Shown here in pieces: positions 9,961 to 20,614 of a stretch of 64,000 nt of DNA. The notes under the pieces were generated by a model, which saw only the letters and a list, made by a program, of their open reading frames with translations, did not search any database and was not told the DNA's origin. The stretch lies in contig CP070695.1 of the NCBI GenBank assembly GCA_020353515.1, positions 4,689,414 through 4,753,413 of the forward strand, in the 5' to 3' direction. Each line of letters starts with the position of its first letter. Position 1 is the first letter of the stretch. The stretch comes from Candidatus Heimdallarchaeota archaeon. GTDB taxonomy: Archaea; Asgardarchaeota; Heimdallarchaeia; Hodarchaeales; Hodarchaeaceae. The position numbers and the translations under genes are program-made.

Positions 9961-11697
9961 ATGGATTCCCAAACCCGACACAGGAAAAATTTAGGCGCTT
10001 TTTATACTCCAACCCATCTAGCGAAATCACTAACACAAGCAGCCCTTAAACAGTTTCTAATTGCACAAATAAACTCTCAAACTAACTCGAAGTTTTCTTC
10101 TCTTGAAGATATCTTGAATACATCCGATTTATTAATTTTAGAGAAATTAAGAAGTACCTTAGAAAATATTAGGATACTTGACGGGTCAGCAGGGGACGGA
10201 GAATTCTTAAAAGCATGTTTGATAGCTATAATACCGCTTAAGGACAAAATTAATGATTTATTGAGCTTAGAAAAAGAAAATCCTGAAGAAGCCTTTTTTA
10301 ACATCATTCAACACAATCTTTTCGGGATGGAAATTGATTCCGAAACTACCTCTAAATGTCATAAAACCCTCGGTACGGTTATTCCCAATCTTAATCTAGC
10401 ATTTGTGAATACAATCTTACATGATAATATCATCACTGGGGACTTTTTAGAGAGTTCACATTCAGATTGGATTAAACTTCCTCCTACTTCAAAAGGGTTT
10501 GATATTATACTTGGTAATCCTCCTTGGGGAGGAAAATTAACTAAAACACAAAGAGATCATTATCAACGTAAGTATAAGCTAAAAAGTCCAAAAAGAAATC
10601 TCAATACTTTCTCGTTATTCGTTTATCAAGCCACTCGTCTGCTTAATCCAGACAATGGGATATTGGCTTATCTTCTTCCTAAAAATGTCACGCGATCCAA
10701 TCAGTATACCAATCTAAGAGAATTTCTTGTTAAGAATTTTAAAATCCTTTCTATCAATTTTCATGGACTTTTTCAAGATGTCACCCAGGAATTTATAACG
10801 ATAATTGGTTTACATAATAATGAAATTCCTCCAGAACACTTTGTTGTTATTGATGGTAAAACACATGTTCCTCAAACCTCTTATTTAACAAATATAGATT
10901 ATATCTTTTCTAAGGATTTTGATCCACAATCCACCAAATTAATCCAGCTTATCAATAAAAATTCTACCGCTTTGGACCATTTTCTGACAATTCGAAGAGG
11001 AGAAGAACTTTCTAAACGAGGTGGAATCATGTTTTGCCCCAATTGTACAGAATGGGTCCCGTTATCAAGTAGAAAACCTAGTATAATTTGTTCGATTTGT
11101 AAACAACCACTATCTCAAGGTGACTTAAAAACGAAATTTTTGATATCTAATGAACCTACGTCTCATCACACTCAACCTATTTTGACAGGAGACGATTTTG
11201 AAGCTTTTTTAATTCCTGCTACTCATTTCATTAATCCTACATTTAAATTTAGATCCAAGAAAAATCCCTCTATCTATACTTCACCCAAGATTGTAATTCA
11301 AAAAATCAAGCCTTATCTCTGTGCTGCATATGAGTCAAATAGTTATTGGACTACTCAAAATGTCTATAATTTGACGTTAAAACCTGAATACAGTGATAGC
11401 CCTGATTTACTATTCTTCTTTCTTTCCGTTCTCAATTCTTCTCTCTACCAATGGTTTTATGAGACTCAATTCAACTTAGGTTCAAGATACACAAATGCGA
11501 TATCAATTCACAATCTTAAACGTCTTCCACTCAAGAATCCTGATTTTTCTGATCCTTTGTACCACCAAATTGTGCAATTAGCTAAGAAAATTTCAAAAGG
11601 TCAATCCACAGAAGAAGATTCAATTCTGCAGCTTAACAAATTGATTCTTCGTTATTACGAGATAAGTGAGACCCTTCCGTTCTCTGATCTTCAATAG
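9961..11697 (+). CDS. N6-adenine DNA methyltransferase, gamma class (TaqI/Eco57I-like) with Zn-ribbon insert
   Basis: GAFYTP, ILDGSAGDGEF (motif I), NPPW (motif IV), TaqI_C-like KIVIQKI...VLNSSL; CPNC...CSIC. Confidence 0.9.
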   Translation: MDSQTRHRKNLGAFYTPTHLAKSLTQAALKQFLIAQINSQTNSKFSSLEDILNTSDLLILEKLRSTLENIRILDGSAGDGEFLKACLIAIIPLKDKINDLLSLEKENPEEAFFNIIQHNLFGMEIDSETTSKCHKTLGTVIPNLNLAFVNTILHDNIITGDFLESSHSDWIKLPPTSKGFDIILGNPPWGGKLTKTQRDHYQRKYKLKSPKRNLNTFSLFVYQATRLLNPDNGILAYLLPKNVTRSNQYTNLREFLVKNFKILSINFHGLFQDVTQEFITIIGLHNNEIPPEHFVVIDGKTHVPQTSYLTNIDYIFSKDFDPQSTKLIQLINKNSTALDHFLTIRRGEELSKRGGIMFCPNCTEWVPLSSRKPSIICSICKQPLSQGDLKTKFLISNEPTSHHTQPILTGDDFEAFLIPATHFINPTFKFRSKKNPSIYTSPKIVIQKIKPYLCAAYESNSYWTTQNVYNLTLKPEYSDSPDLLFFFLSVLNSSLYQWFYETQFNLGSRYTNAISIHNLKRLPLKNPDFSDPLYHQIVQLAKKISKGQSTEEDSILQLNKLILRYYEISETLPFSDLQ

Positions 11698-11713
11698 AAC
11701 ATTTAACAGAAAT

Positions 11714-12046
11714 TCATTCTTCTTTCGTTTTATACCTCTCTGGTTCTGCAAAAAAGTCAAGCGCACGAAAATAGGTATGGAATTCGGCTTGATGAATAAC
11801 TCCCTCAGGTATATAATAGCTATCTCCCTTCTGATATTTCTTGGTTTCCTCTCCTATTGTCAAAGACATCTCTCCTTCTATAACTATCCCCCACTGGGCA
11901 GAATGGTTATGTGGGGGGAGATTTCCTGGTTCTATCTCAAAAAAAGCGATTTGAAAATCTTCTCCTTGAGCAATCCAACCTTTAACACCTTCTAAAGGAA
12001 TAATTGCTTCTGGAAGAGATGTAATAATTTCTGGAAATTTTACCAC
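11714..12046 (-). CDS. Cupin domain protein
   Basis: PPHNH..QWG.VIEG and YYIPEGVIH cupin motifs. Confidence 0.9.
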   Translation of the reverse strand: MVKFPEIITSLPEAIIPLEGVKGWIAQGEDFQIAFFEIEPGNLPPHNHSAQWGIVIEGEMSLTIGEETKKYQKGDSYYIPEGVIHQAEFHTYFRALDFFAEPERYKTKEE

Positions 12047-12086
12047 TTGACTCTCCTCGTGTATTTCTTTAAGGTAACACAGTTGT

Positions 12087-13028
12087 TTATTCTGTTTTAC
12101 TCATTCTAATTTTTCTTTTAATATAATAACCTGCTTTCTGTGCTGCAACGATACCCTCTCCGACTGCCGTTCCAATTTGCTTAATACCACCTGTAACATC
12201 CCCAGCAGCATATATACCCTCAATATTTGTTTCTTGATTGTTATTAACAATTATACTACCAGAAGGATCTGTTTTTACTCCAATTAGTGTTGCGAGTTTA
12301 AAGGGGTCTTCCCCTATAGCGACAAAGAGTGCTTTTACCCGAATTTCGGAAGTCTCATCAGTGTTTTGATTTCTAATGACTAGTTTTCGTATGCTTTCAT
12401 GTTTAGTAATAACTTCATCAATCTTGCTGTTGAACATTGGTACAACTTCGTTATGCGACAAGACTTGGTTGGCAAGAGCATCATCAACATCGAGTTTTTC
12501 TTCTTCATGAATCAGAAAAACCTTTCGAGCAACGCCAGCTAAGTAGATTGCATCATGAGCAGCAGTGTTTCCACCGCCAACAAGACCAACAACTTTTCCT
12601 CGGTGTAATGGTGCATCACACATAGCACAGTAGGATAATCCTGTCCCTTCTAGTTCCCTTTCATTTGGTAATCCGAGTTTTCGACGCTTAGATCCTGTAG
12701 CGATAATTATAGCTTTTGTTTTCCAGCGATCCTTTGAAGTATTGACGATCATCTCTGCTTTGTCAATTGTTGTTACAGTATCAAGTATAATATTAGCTCC
12801 ACAATGCTCTGCTTGAGCTTTCATCTTATCCATTAATTCTGGCCCAGTTATCGATACAAATCCCGGATAATTTGCTATCTCTTTTGCTGTTAAAGCAACA
12901 CCCCCTACGGCCTCAGCTTCAAAGACAACTGTGTTTAGACCCATTCTAACCGCATATATTGCTGCAGTTAGTCCAGCTGGGCCTCCTCCGACTATTACCA
13001 AATCAGTTTCTTGAACCATCGTGATCAT
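12087..13028 (-). CDS. trxB: Thioredoxin reductase-like flavoprotein
   Basis: GGGPAG FAD motif, CAMC redox motif, GGGNTA, GIYAAGD. Confidence 0.88.
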   Translation of the reverse strand: MITMVQETDLVIVGGGPAGLTAAIYAVRMGLNTVVFEAEAVGGVALTAKEIANYPGFVSITGPELMDKMKAQAEHCGANIILDTVTTIDKAEMIVNTSKDRWKTKAIIIATGSKRRKLGLPNERELEGTGLSYCAMCDAPLHRGKVVGLVGGGNTAAHDAIYLAGVARKVFLIHEEEKLDVDDALANQVLSHNEVVPMFNSKIDEVITKHESIRKLVIRNQNTDETSEIRVKALFVAIGEDPFKLATLIGVKTDPSGSIIVNNNQETNIEGIYAAGDVTGGIKQIGTAVGEGIVAAQKAGYYIKRKIRMSKTE

Positions 13029-13159
13029 TATTCCATTTAACTATTACAGTTTAATAACATATACTTAATCAAGAAAAAAAAAACCACTTGACAGTGAAAA
13101 TCTGTAAATCAATAAAACTTTTGTTCTAAATCATTCATCGATTATTCTGTAAATTCAAA

Positions 13160-13936
13160 TTATTCTTGTAAAAACCTTTCTAAAGTGGATTGTTTTTTTG
13201 AAGGGGTAACAAGTTTTCCGAATCGTGCTTTCTGCTGGATAATTTCTTTGTATTCTTCTCTAATTTCAAATCCTACTACGTCTCGGCCTGTTTGACGTGC
13301 TGCTAATATCGTACCACCACTTCCTGAAAAAACATCACCCACAAGATCACCAGGTGAGCTAGAGGTGAGAACTAATTTTTCTAAAAGAACAATTGGTAAT
13401 TGACACGGATGTCCTTTAATTCGGTGAGGATCATTACCCCGATTATACTCTGGCCAGAAGAATACGTCTTCATCATAATGTTTCTGCTTATAGAACTGAT
13501 AATTCTTCTTATTTTTAACCAATAGAAGGATATGATAATGACTTGTAACGAATCGTCTCTTTGTATACACCCCCCACGAAAAATACCATATTGCATGGTT
13601 TAACACATGGAATTTTGATTCATCGATGGCATTCAAGATAAATTGTAAATTAGTCCATCCTGAAATAATATAAAGACTCCCATTTTCTGTTAAAGCTTCA
13701 TGACAAGATTCAATCCATGCTTTAGAAAACTGGAAATATGATTCTGGAGTGAATTTGTCTTCATATAAATCATAATCATCAGCTCCATACTCATGACTAG
13801 ATTTATTAAACGCAATTCCGAATGGAGGATCAGCAATGATTAAATCAAAGAGTCGTTCTCTTGCTTTCCATGGTAATGTTTCAAGTACATCTCCAATTAT
13901 GAGTTCGTATTTTGATTCACTTATCATTTCGAACAC
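13160..13936 (-). CDS. DNA methyltransferase, beta class (N6A/N4C), with C-terminal PIP-box-like peptide
   Basis: DPPF (motif IV) before HPCQLP and DVFSGSG (motif I); ends KKQSTLERFLQE. Confidence 0.92.
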   Translation of the reverse strand: MFEMISESKYELIIGDVLETLPWKARERLFDLIIADPPFGIAFNKSSHEYGADDYDLYEDKFTPESYFQFSKAWIESCHEALTENGSLYIISGWTNLQFILNAIDESKFHVLNHAIWYFSWGVYTKRRFVTSHYHILLLVKNKKNYQFYKQKHYDEDVFFWPEYNRGNDPHRIKGHPCQLPIVLLEKLVLTSSSPGDLVGDVFSGSGGTILAARQTGRDVVGFEIREEYKEIIQQKARFGKLVTPSKKQSTLERFLQE

Positions 13937-13937
13937 G

Positions 13938-16070
13938 TTAAGATGATGGAGCGACTAGGTCATAACACGATTCCCAAACCTCTTGTTGAGGTAGAAGATT
14001 CCCTGAATGTGTAACAACCTGATATTTAGAATCCATTTCGAGAAGTATTCCTGAATAAATTGCTAAGTAATCAAAATCTTTAACTACAATATCTGCTTTT
14101 CTGAATGTTTCAAGCCGTTCTTTGTACTGCTGTTCAAAAATATTCATGAATTCATCCAAAATAATGTGTTGGTGTTGCTTTTGAATCTTAATACGACAAA
14201 CGACAACTAAATCAAAAGCGATGGCTCTCTTTTTTTGAATGTTTAGGACATTACGAGCTTCACTCGGAATTGGATGTGTTTTAACTACCTGAAATCCAGA
14301 TCTTAAAATAACATCAGCTAGTTTGAGCCATATTCGTTTATCAGAGTGATGAAAGGTAAAAACTAATAAACCGCTAGGCTTAAGCTTCGATTTTATAACA
14401 CTAAATATCTCAACTAGTTTATCGTAGTAGTTTAAGAGCCGATCAGGACTAACAATAGCTTCATCTTCCTTCGGTGTTTCTTCTGCTACAAACCATTTGT
14501 ATTTATCTTTAAGAACTAAACGTAACCATACATAGAAAAAATCTGATAATTCTGAATAGTTTATATTATCAGCATAGGGAGGATCTGAAATGATGAGATC
14601 AATAGATAATGGAAGATCTTTGATATCTTCCGAGTCTTGGCAAAGTAATAATAATTTTTTATCAATTGATGGAAACTCTTTAGAATATTCAGAAATAGCT
14701 TTTCCATCAATTTTTCCTGAGAAAAATTTCTGTTTGACTGATCTTCCTGTTGATGAAAGACTTCGTTGATAGTTAAAAGGAGTAAGATTATATTCTTTTC
14801 CCTTCAACAGGCGACTAAGACATTTTTTCCAAGTCCCTCTTCCATATTTTGTTCCCCAAACATTATTCTCAGCAAATGTGGAGAGAGGATGAAAGTCGTG
14901 TCGGGCAAAAATCCCCTCTACTTTCTGACCTTTAGGAGAATACCTTGTAAAGACATTATTATGATTTAGAAGATTTATAAATGCCGCTAAGAACATCTCT
15001 TGATAACGAGAATCAGGAATCTCATGAATATATTGGAGGATCAATGTGAGAGTTAATAATTGACGTTCATTAAATAAATCAACCCATTTTTTGTAATTAT
15101 GGTTATGAAGGGTCTTTGTTGCTACTCCAAATGGAACCGATTCTCTTGGCCACTGAAATTTAACTGAAGAACGTATCCAATACTCTTTTGCAGCATTAAA
15201 TAGATCAAGATCAGAATTAGAAATCCCTTTTATGAATTTGAATCTGGTGGTTTTGAGAGGCGAGTCTTGATCATTTGCACAATTTTCACAAAAACCTTCG
15301 ATAGCGTATAATTTACTTTTTAAAATTTGTTGATTATTCTTTAGAGCGTCAAGTATATTGGTTGTGTCACCACACTTCGAACATTTACAGGAATTCCGTC
15401 CAATCCGATTCCCCATTAGTGGATTGAATTTAAATTGGCATTGTGGGCATTTTAGTGACGTTGGAATAGAACCTAAGTGATTAAAAACAGTAACACATGA
15501 AGGACATAATATAGAGGAAATTTCACCTTTTATGGCAACTAAGAAATCTCGAAATAGAGAAATCTGGTTATTACATGTCAAACAGGGAACCAATTTAACC
15601 CAATGTGCATATATGATGTCAGCTTGGTGGTTACATATTGGACATTTAGTTATGTACCATTTTTTGATTTGAGGTTTAATCTTCTTTTCGCAGTCTTGAA
15701 TCCATTGTTGAAGTTCCTTTAAATTCACTAGTTCAGCTTCTGTTTTTGTAATAAACCATGCAACAGGGTTAATATCTATACCAATACAATTTAAACCTAG
15801 ACGTAAACTTTCGATGACAGTAGTCCCTCCTCCCACAAAAGGATCGATCACAGTAACATTGGAAAAGTCGTGATCGTCATAGAAGTTTGCCATAAGGTCT
15901 GCAGACGGGGGTAATAACGCTCCCAAAAGTAAGGCTCGAAAAGTAGAGGAGGACCGTCTAGCAAACCATTTTGAAATTTGATAAATTGGTTTATAACTAC
16001 TTCTTTCGGGGATAGCTAGTTTGCTAACCTCATAAATAGGAAATCTTTGTTCTATCAAACGACTAGTCAT
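13938..16070 (-). CDS. DUF1156-type adenine DNA methyltransferase with multiple Zn ribbons
   Basis: KWFARR, DPFVGGG, several CxxC pairs, DLFNERQ, SDPPYADNINYSELSDFFYVWL. Confidence 0.9.
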   Translation of the reverse strand: MTSRLIEQRFPIYEVSKLAIPERSSYKPIYQISKWFARRSSSTFRALLLGALLPPSADLMANFYDDHDFSNVTVIDPFVGGGTTVIESLRLGLNCIGIDINPVAWFITKTEAELVNLKELQQWIQDCEKKIKPQIKKWYITKCPICNHQADIIYAHWVKLVPCLTCNNQISLFRDFLVAIKGEISSILCPSCVTVFNHLGSIPTSLKCPQCQFKFNPLMGNRIGRNSCKCSKCGDTTNILDALKNNQQILKSKLYAIEGFCENCANDQDSPLKTTRFKFIKGISNSDLDLFNAAKEYWIRSSVKFQWPRESVPFGVATKTLHNHNYKKWVDLFNERQLLTLTLILQYIHEIPDSRYQEMFLAAFINLLNHNNVFTRYSPKGQKVEGIFARHDFHPLSTFAENNVWGTKYGRGTWKKCLSRLLKGKEYNLTPFNYQRSLSSTGRSVKQKFFSGKIDGKAISEYSKEFPSIDKKLLLLCQDSEDIKDLPLSIDLIISDPPYADNINYSELSDFFYVWLRLVLKDKYKWFVAEETPKEDEAIVSPDRLLNYYDKLVEIFSVIKSKLKPSGLLVFTFHHSDKRIWLKLADVILRSGFQVVKTHPIPSEARNVLNIQKKRAIAFDLVVVCRIKIQKQHQHIILDEFMNIFEQQYKERLETFRKADIVVKDFDYLAIYSGILLEMDSKYQVVTHSGNLLPQQEVWESCYDLVAPSS

Positions 16071-16080
16071 TTAGGTTGAC

Positions 16081-16716
16081 CTATTGCTTAGACACGAAAT
16101 GCATTAGCTCTTCTGGAGTTTTAAAGATATAATCTGGTTGACTTGCAATAAGTTTTGATTCTTCAATGGTTCCCCAAAGGGCAGCAGCAGTTTTTATTCC
16201 AGCAGCTTTTCCAGCTATTACATCTAGAGGGCTATCCCCAATAAACAAAATTTCAGCTTTATTTAAGTTTAAAACGCTTATTATACGAAATAACGCGTCT
16301 GGATAAGGTTTTGAACGTTCTACATCATTTCCAGTTAGTACCATATCAAAAATTTGAGTAATTCCGAGTTTTTCTAAGGTCATTTGCATTGTTTTTCTTG
16401 ATTTCCCAGTAAAAATTGTTAAGTGCTGAACATGCTCTTTCATGTCATTTAATTGATCAATAGAAAAAAAACCTTTGGTAGGATGGATTGTATTATACTG
16501 ATATAAGAATTCATTCCAAGCAGGGGTCAAAACATTAGAGGGAAAAACATTTTTGAATATTTCATCACCAGGAGGTCCCCATAAAGAAATTACATCCTGT
16601 TTACTCATTTTTTTACCAAGATACTTCAAAACTACCTCTTGAAATAATCGAATAATGAGATTGGCGTTATCAACAAGTGTACCGTCCACATCAAAAACCA
16701 GACAGCTAAGTTTCAT
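16081..16716 (-). CDS. HAD-family phosphatase (PGP/PpaX-like)
   Basis: FDVDGTL, TGK, KPYPD, GDSPLD. Confidence 0.92.
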   Translation of the reverse strand: MKLSCLVFDVDGTLVDNANLIIRLFQEVVLKYLGKKMSKQDVISLWGPPGDEIFKNVFPSNVLTPAWNEFLYQYNTIHPTKGFFSIDQLNDMKEHVQHLTIFTGKSRKTMQMTLEKLGITQIFDMVLTGNDVERSKPYPDALFRIISVLNLNKAEILFIGDSPLDVIAGKAAGIKTAAALWGTIEESKLIASQPDYIFKTPEELMHFVSKQ

Positions 16717-16799
16717 AACAGAAGAACATCCATTAGGAGACTAAAAATAGGATGGTTTAAATATTTTTAAACACGAGCCCAAATGAGTAAAGATGGTTA

Positions 16800-17603
16800 G
16801 TGATGGGTGACGAACCAAAGATTGACTCCCGAAATAAGCTCAATAGCCTTACTGGACGTCAATGGATCCGTTTCACAAAATCATGGTATATAGCTGATGG
16901 AAAATCAAGTGATATTTCCCATGAAATTGACTTACATCCCGCTTCATTTCCTCCACCAATGATTCGTGAATTCATTGAATTTTTCACAAAACCGGGAGAT
17001 AGTGTCTTGGATCCGTTTTTAGGCACAGGATCAACCTTAGTTGCCTGTGATGAGTGTGGACGACAAGGAATAGGGATAGAACTTTATGAAAAATACGTGA
17101 AGACAGCACGGGCTCGTACAGACCTTCCTATTCATCAAGGTGATTCCCGAGATATTGTGAAAACTCTAATCCAAAATGGAGAGAAATTCTCTCTCTGTAT
17201 CACATCACCTCCATATTGGCGTATATTGAAGAAAAAAAAGGATTATAATCAACAAAAACGTCTTCAAAAGGGATTAGATCTTAAGTATGGGGAACATCCA
17301 AAGGATTTGGGAATGATTGAGGAGCGAGTTACTTTCCTATCAGAACTTGTCATTTTTTTCAAGTTGATCAAAGATTTATTGCTAGAACATGGACATTTAG
17401 TGATCTTTGTCCAAAATATTCGAGATAAGGGGGAAATAAATCCTCTAGCCTTTGAGTTAGCCCTTAAATTAGCAAAAGATTATAAATTCTTAGGGGAACG
17501 CATCTGGCTTCAGAATCAGAAGACTTTACGGCCATATGGGTATCCCTACTCTTTTGTACCGAACATTCACCATCATTACGCCTTAATTTTTCAAAAGCGG
17601 TAA
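16800..17603 (+). CDS. N4-cytosine-type DNA methyltransferase, alpha class
   Basis: HPASFP, VLDPFLGTG (motif I) before TSPPY (motif IV). Confidence 0.88.
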   Translation: MMGDEPKIDSRNKLNSLTGRQWIRFTKSWYIADGKSSDISHEIDLHPASFPPPMIREFIEFFTKPGDSVLDPFLGTGSTLVACDECGRQGIGIELYEKYVKTARARTDLPIHQGDSRDIVKTLIQNGEKFSLCITSPPYWRILKKKKDYNQQKRLQKGLDLKYGEHPKDLGMIEERVTFLSELVIFFKLIKDLLLEHGHLVIFVQNIRDKGEINPLAFELALKLAKDYKFLGERIWLQNQKTLRPYGYPYSFVPNIHHHYALIFQKR

Positions 17604-17635
17604 AAGGAGAGAGTTACTATTTACAAAGGAAAGAC

Positions 17636-18991
17636 ATGACAATGCAAGTAATACCTTATGGTGGGGTTAATGAGATAGGTGGAAACACGATCCTTGTTGA
17701 GACAAACAGTACAAAAATATTGTTGGATTTCGGGAAAAGTTTTAAACAAGAGGGAACCTATTTTGAAGGCTTTTTACTTCCACGTACATTCCAAGGTCTT
17801 AAAGATTTTCTTGAATTCGATATTTTACCTAGAATAAAAGGCCTCTATGCTCAAGAATATGCATTGGACAATGAATTCTCTGAACATACTGTTGATGCGT
17901 GTCTTTTATCTCATGCACATTTAGATCATTTTGGAAACTTGAATCTCATTGATAAGAGTATCCCTATCTTCATGGGGGAAACTACAGCAACAATTATTCA
18001 GTCAATCCAAGATACAACACGAACCCGCTTTGGACGGCCTTATATTTGGCAAGCAACTGCTGAAAATCCCTCTAATTTTAGAACGTTTCGGACTGGCGAC
18101 GTAATTCAACTAAAGGATTTTGAAATAACTCCCATACATGTCGACCATTCTCTACCTGGTTCTTATAGCTTTATTGTTGAAGGTCAGCAAAAAAAATTAG
18201 GATATACGGGTGATCTTCGTTTACACGGTTGGAGAGAAGATTTAACTAAGGATTTTATTGAAGTTGCAAAGCAAAAGAATCTGGATGTTCTGTTGATTGA
18301 AGGTACGAATATTAATGAAGATTTTGACATGAATGAGAGAAAAGTACAGGAAGAACTGTCACAAGCGATCACAAGGACTGATGGTTTAGCGATTGCCAAT
18401 TATAGTTTACGAGATATCGATCGTTTTCGTTCTTTCTACTTAGCTGCTAAAGAGAATGGCCGAAAACTGTTGATAAACGTTAAGCAAGCATACCTGCTTC
18501 GACTATTACAGGATGATCCTCATCTTGAGATTCCCACGTTAGATGATCCTCTTATTGAAATCTATAAACGACCTAAGAGAAAATACTACAAATGGGAAAA
18601 TTTTCTTTTTAAAAACCACTCTATGGTCGAATCGTCAGATTTTGATCAAACCGAATATATCTTTCACTGTGAGTTCTGGAACCTGACAGATCTCATTGAT
18701 ATTCAACCTCACCCTAAAAAATCTACCTATTTCTACAGTCATGGAGAGCCATTCGATGAAGAGGGAGCTATCGATTTCAGGAGACTTCAGGAATGGGTTA
18801 ACCATTTTCAATTGGATTTTAAACAATACCATGCAAGTGGCCATGCTCCCCGTAGTGATCTTAAAAGAATCGTAGAGGAAATTCAACCACAATTAGTGAT
18901 CCCAATTCATACAGAACACCCTGAAATGTACCAGGAAATCTTAGACATACCAATACTTCTTGCTACGCGAGGACGAACGATTTCAATCTAG
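17636..18991 (+). CDS. Metallo-beta-lactamase/beta-CASP nuclease (RNase J-like)
   Basis: GGVNEIGGN, SHAHLDH, HVDHS, YTGD, HASGH, PIH. Confidence 0.88.
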   Translation: MTMQVIPYGGVNEIGGNTILVETNSTKILLDFGKSFKQEGTYFEGFLLPRTFQGLKDFLEFDILPRIKGLYAQEYALDNEFSEHTVDACLLSHAHLDHFGNLNLIDKSIPIFMGETTATIIQSIQDTTRTRFGRPYIWQATAENPSNFRTFRTGDVIQLKDFEITPIHVDHSLPGSYSFIVEGQQKKLGYTGDLRLHGWREDLTKDFIEVAKQKNLDVLLIEGTNINEDFDMNERKVQEELSQAITRTDGLAIANYSLRDIDRFRSFYLAAKENGRKLLINVKQAYLLRLLQDDPHLEIPTLDDPLIEIYKRPKRKYYKWENFLFKNHSMVESSDFDQTEYIFHCEFWNLTDLIDIQPHPKKSTYFYSHGEPFDEEGAIDFRRLQEWVNHFQLDFKQYHASGHAPRSDLKRIVEEIQPQLVIPIHTEHPEMYQEILDIPILLATRGRTISI

Positions 18992-19004
18992 AATATCAAT
19001 TGAA

Positions 19005-20192
19005 CTACATAAAAAATTCAAGAAAAACTGGGATACCAACAGTCATTTGGATGAAGTCTATTAAACCAATAGTGAACGTAAATCCAAGTAGAATCATGAA
19101 TAACTTACGATCCTGGCATGGAAGAATGGTTAGACAAGCGAAAAACCACATCCAATACCATGGGAATGCAGTACTATAGATTTTAAGGAAAATTAGTAAA
19201 AGAATAAAAGGTAACCAATATATACGTTCTAATATTCCATTAAAGCTCCTCTTCATGGTTTTATCTTTCGGAAGATAACCTACCCAGAATATAACAGCTA
19301 GAATTAAAATTCCAGAAGATAAAACTGATGAAATGCTGGGATAGAATATGAAAAAGGGATTGGATGGAAGTTGGCCTGAATATTCTCCTAAATTTCCAAA
19401 TGAACTGAGGTATCTCAGTATAAAACTAGAGTAAAGAAGGGGAAATGAAAGTAGTACAATGCTGAATATCGAGGTTAAAAACCCCAGTAATGCCTGTTTA
19501 ACTAACTTCCGATCTAATATCAAGAGATAAGGAAGTACAAGAACAGAAACGTATTTCCAGTGAAATCCAATTCCAATACTCAAATAACTGACTATCTGAT
19601 ACCGATTATATAAAAATAAGGGGAGTAAGAGAAATAAGATGGTTATTGCAGTCGCTTGTCCTTCAATAGCTGAAAAAGGAATAGATAAGAGTAAGTATGA
19701 AAATGCAAATCCTTTTTCCGATAGGGTACACTCATTTTCTTCTCCTTTTCTGCTCCTTATTAAAGAATAAATAACAAAGAAATTAAATACATCAACACAC
19801 GATAAAAACCACTTTGCGATTACTGATGAAAAGGGTAAAATAGATAATCCAGCCCAGAAAAGTAATTGTATAGTAGGATAGTCATAAGTGGTGTTGGGGT
19901 AGGAATATTCCCCCGTTAGAGTATCCCTGACGTTATATAGAGGATCTATTTCCAAAGGTGTCATATCATAAACACTGAAACCATATTCCCAGAAATATTT
20001 CCCATAGAAAAGGTTTCGTTCAAAATCACTTGTTACTAAAGGAGGAATAAACAAAGCTAAAGTGAAATGAACTAAAAGGAAAAATGGAATAAGGTATTTT
20101 AATGATCCTAAATCATCTATTATAGTGAACAGATGAGAGTAACAATGATGTAACAATGATCGATTTGAGTTCTGCATAATAGAATGTTCCAA
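19005..20192 (-). CDS. Multi-pass membrane protein, GT-C (GT87-like) glycosyltransferase candidate
   Basis: SDF, YDYP in first loop, EGQ, K after TM, PWY; about 10 TM. Confidence 0.6.
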   Translation of the reverse strand: MEHSIMQNSNRSLLHHCYSHLFTIIDDLGSLKYLIPFFLLVHFTLALFIPPLVTSDFERNLFYGKYFWEYGFSVYDMTPLEIDPLYNVRDTLTGEYSYPNTTYDYPTIQLLFWAGLSILPFSSVIAKWFLSCVDVFNFFVIYSLIRSRKGEENECTLSEKGFAFSYLLLSIPFSAIEGQATAITILFLLLPLFLYNRYQIVSYLSIGIGFHWKYVSVLVLPYLLILDRKLVKQALLGFLTSIFSIVLLSFPLLYSSFILRYLSSFGNLGEYSGQLPSNPFFIFYPSISSVLSSGILILAVIFWVGYLPKDKTMKRSFNGILERIYWLPFILLLIFLKIYSTAFPWYWMWFFACLTILPCQDRKLFMILLGFTFTIGLIDFIQMTVGIPVFLEFFM

Positions 20193-20614
20193 TAATGTTT
20201 CTTGAAAGAAATAAGTACTCTCTATGTGTTATAATGCGACCCCAACAAGGGAATTTCCCATCTAAAAGTATTTATCTCACATTGTTACATTGTGTACATC
20301 TTTTGCATTATTAACTCTTTTTACTATAGAAAAACAATAACGTCCTTTTCTATGGTTAAGAATGGAAAAAAAAAGGATAATTATGATCTAAATTGTCTGT
20401 AAGAAATTAATTATATACTTAGATCTCTTTTTGTAAATATCAATCTATATTTAACCAAAAACTCTCATGATTTCAAAGCATGTTATGTGGATATAGATTA
20501 TTGTCGGATATTTCAAATTTCAAACATTTTAAAAGGTTCAATTGATACAAACCAGGTGGGTTCCTTTGAGTAAAATTTTCCTAAAGCATTCAAGTCCTAA
20601 GGAGAAATACTACC

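Noticed and set aside
20200-20610. Replication origin
   Set aside because: AT-rich with short inverted repeats but no recognisable ORB repeats; kept only as a low-confidence note
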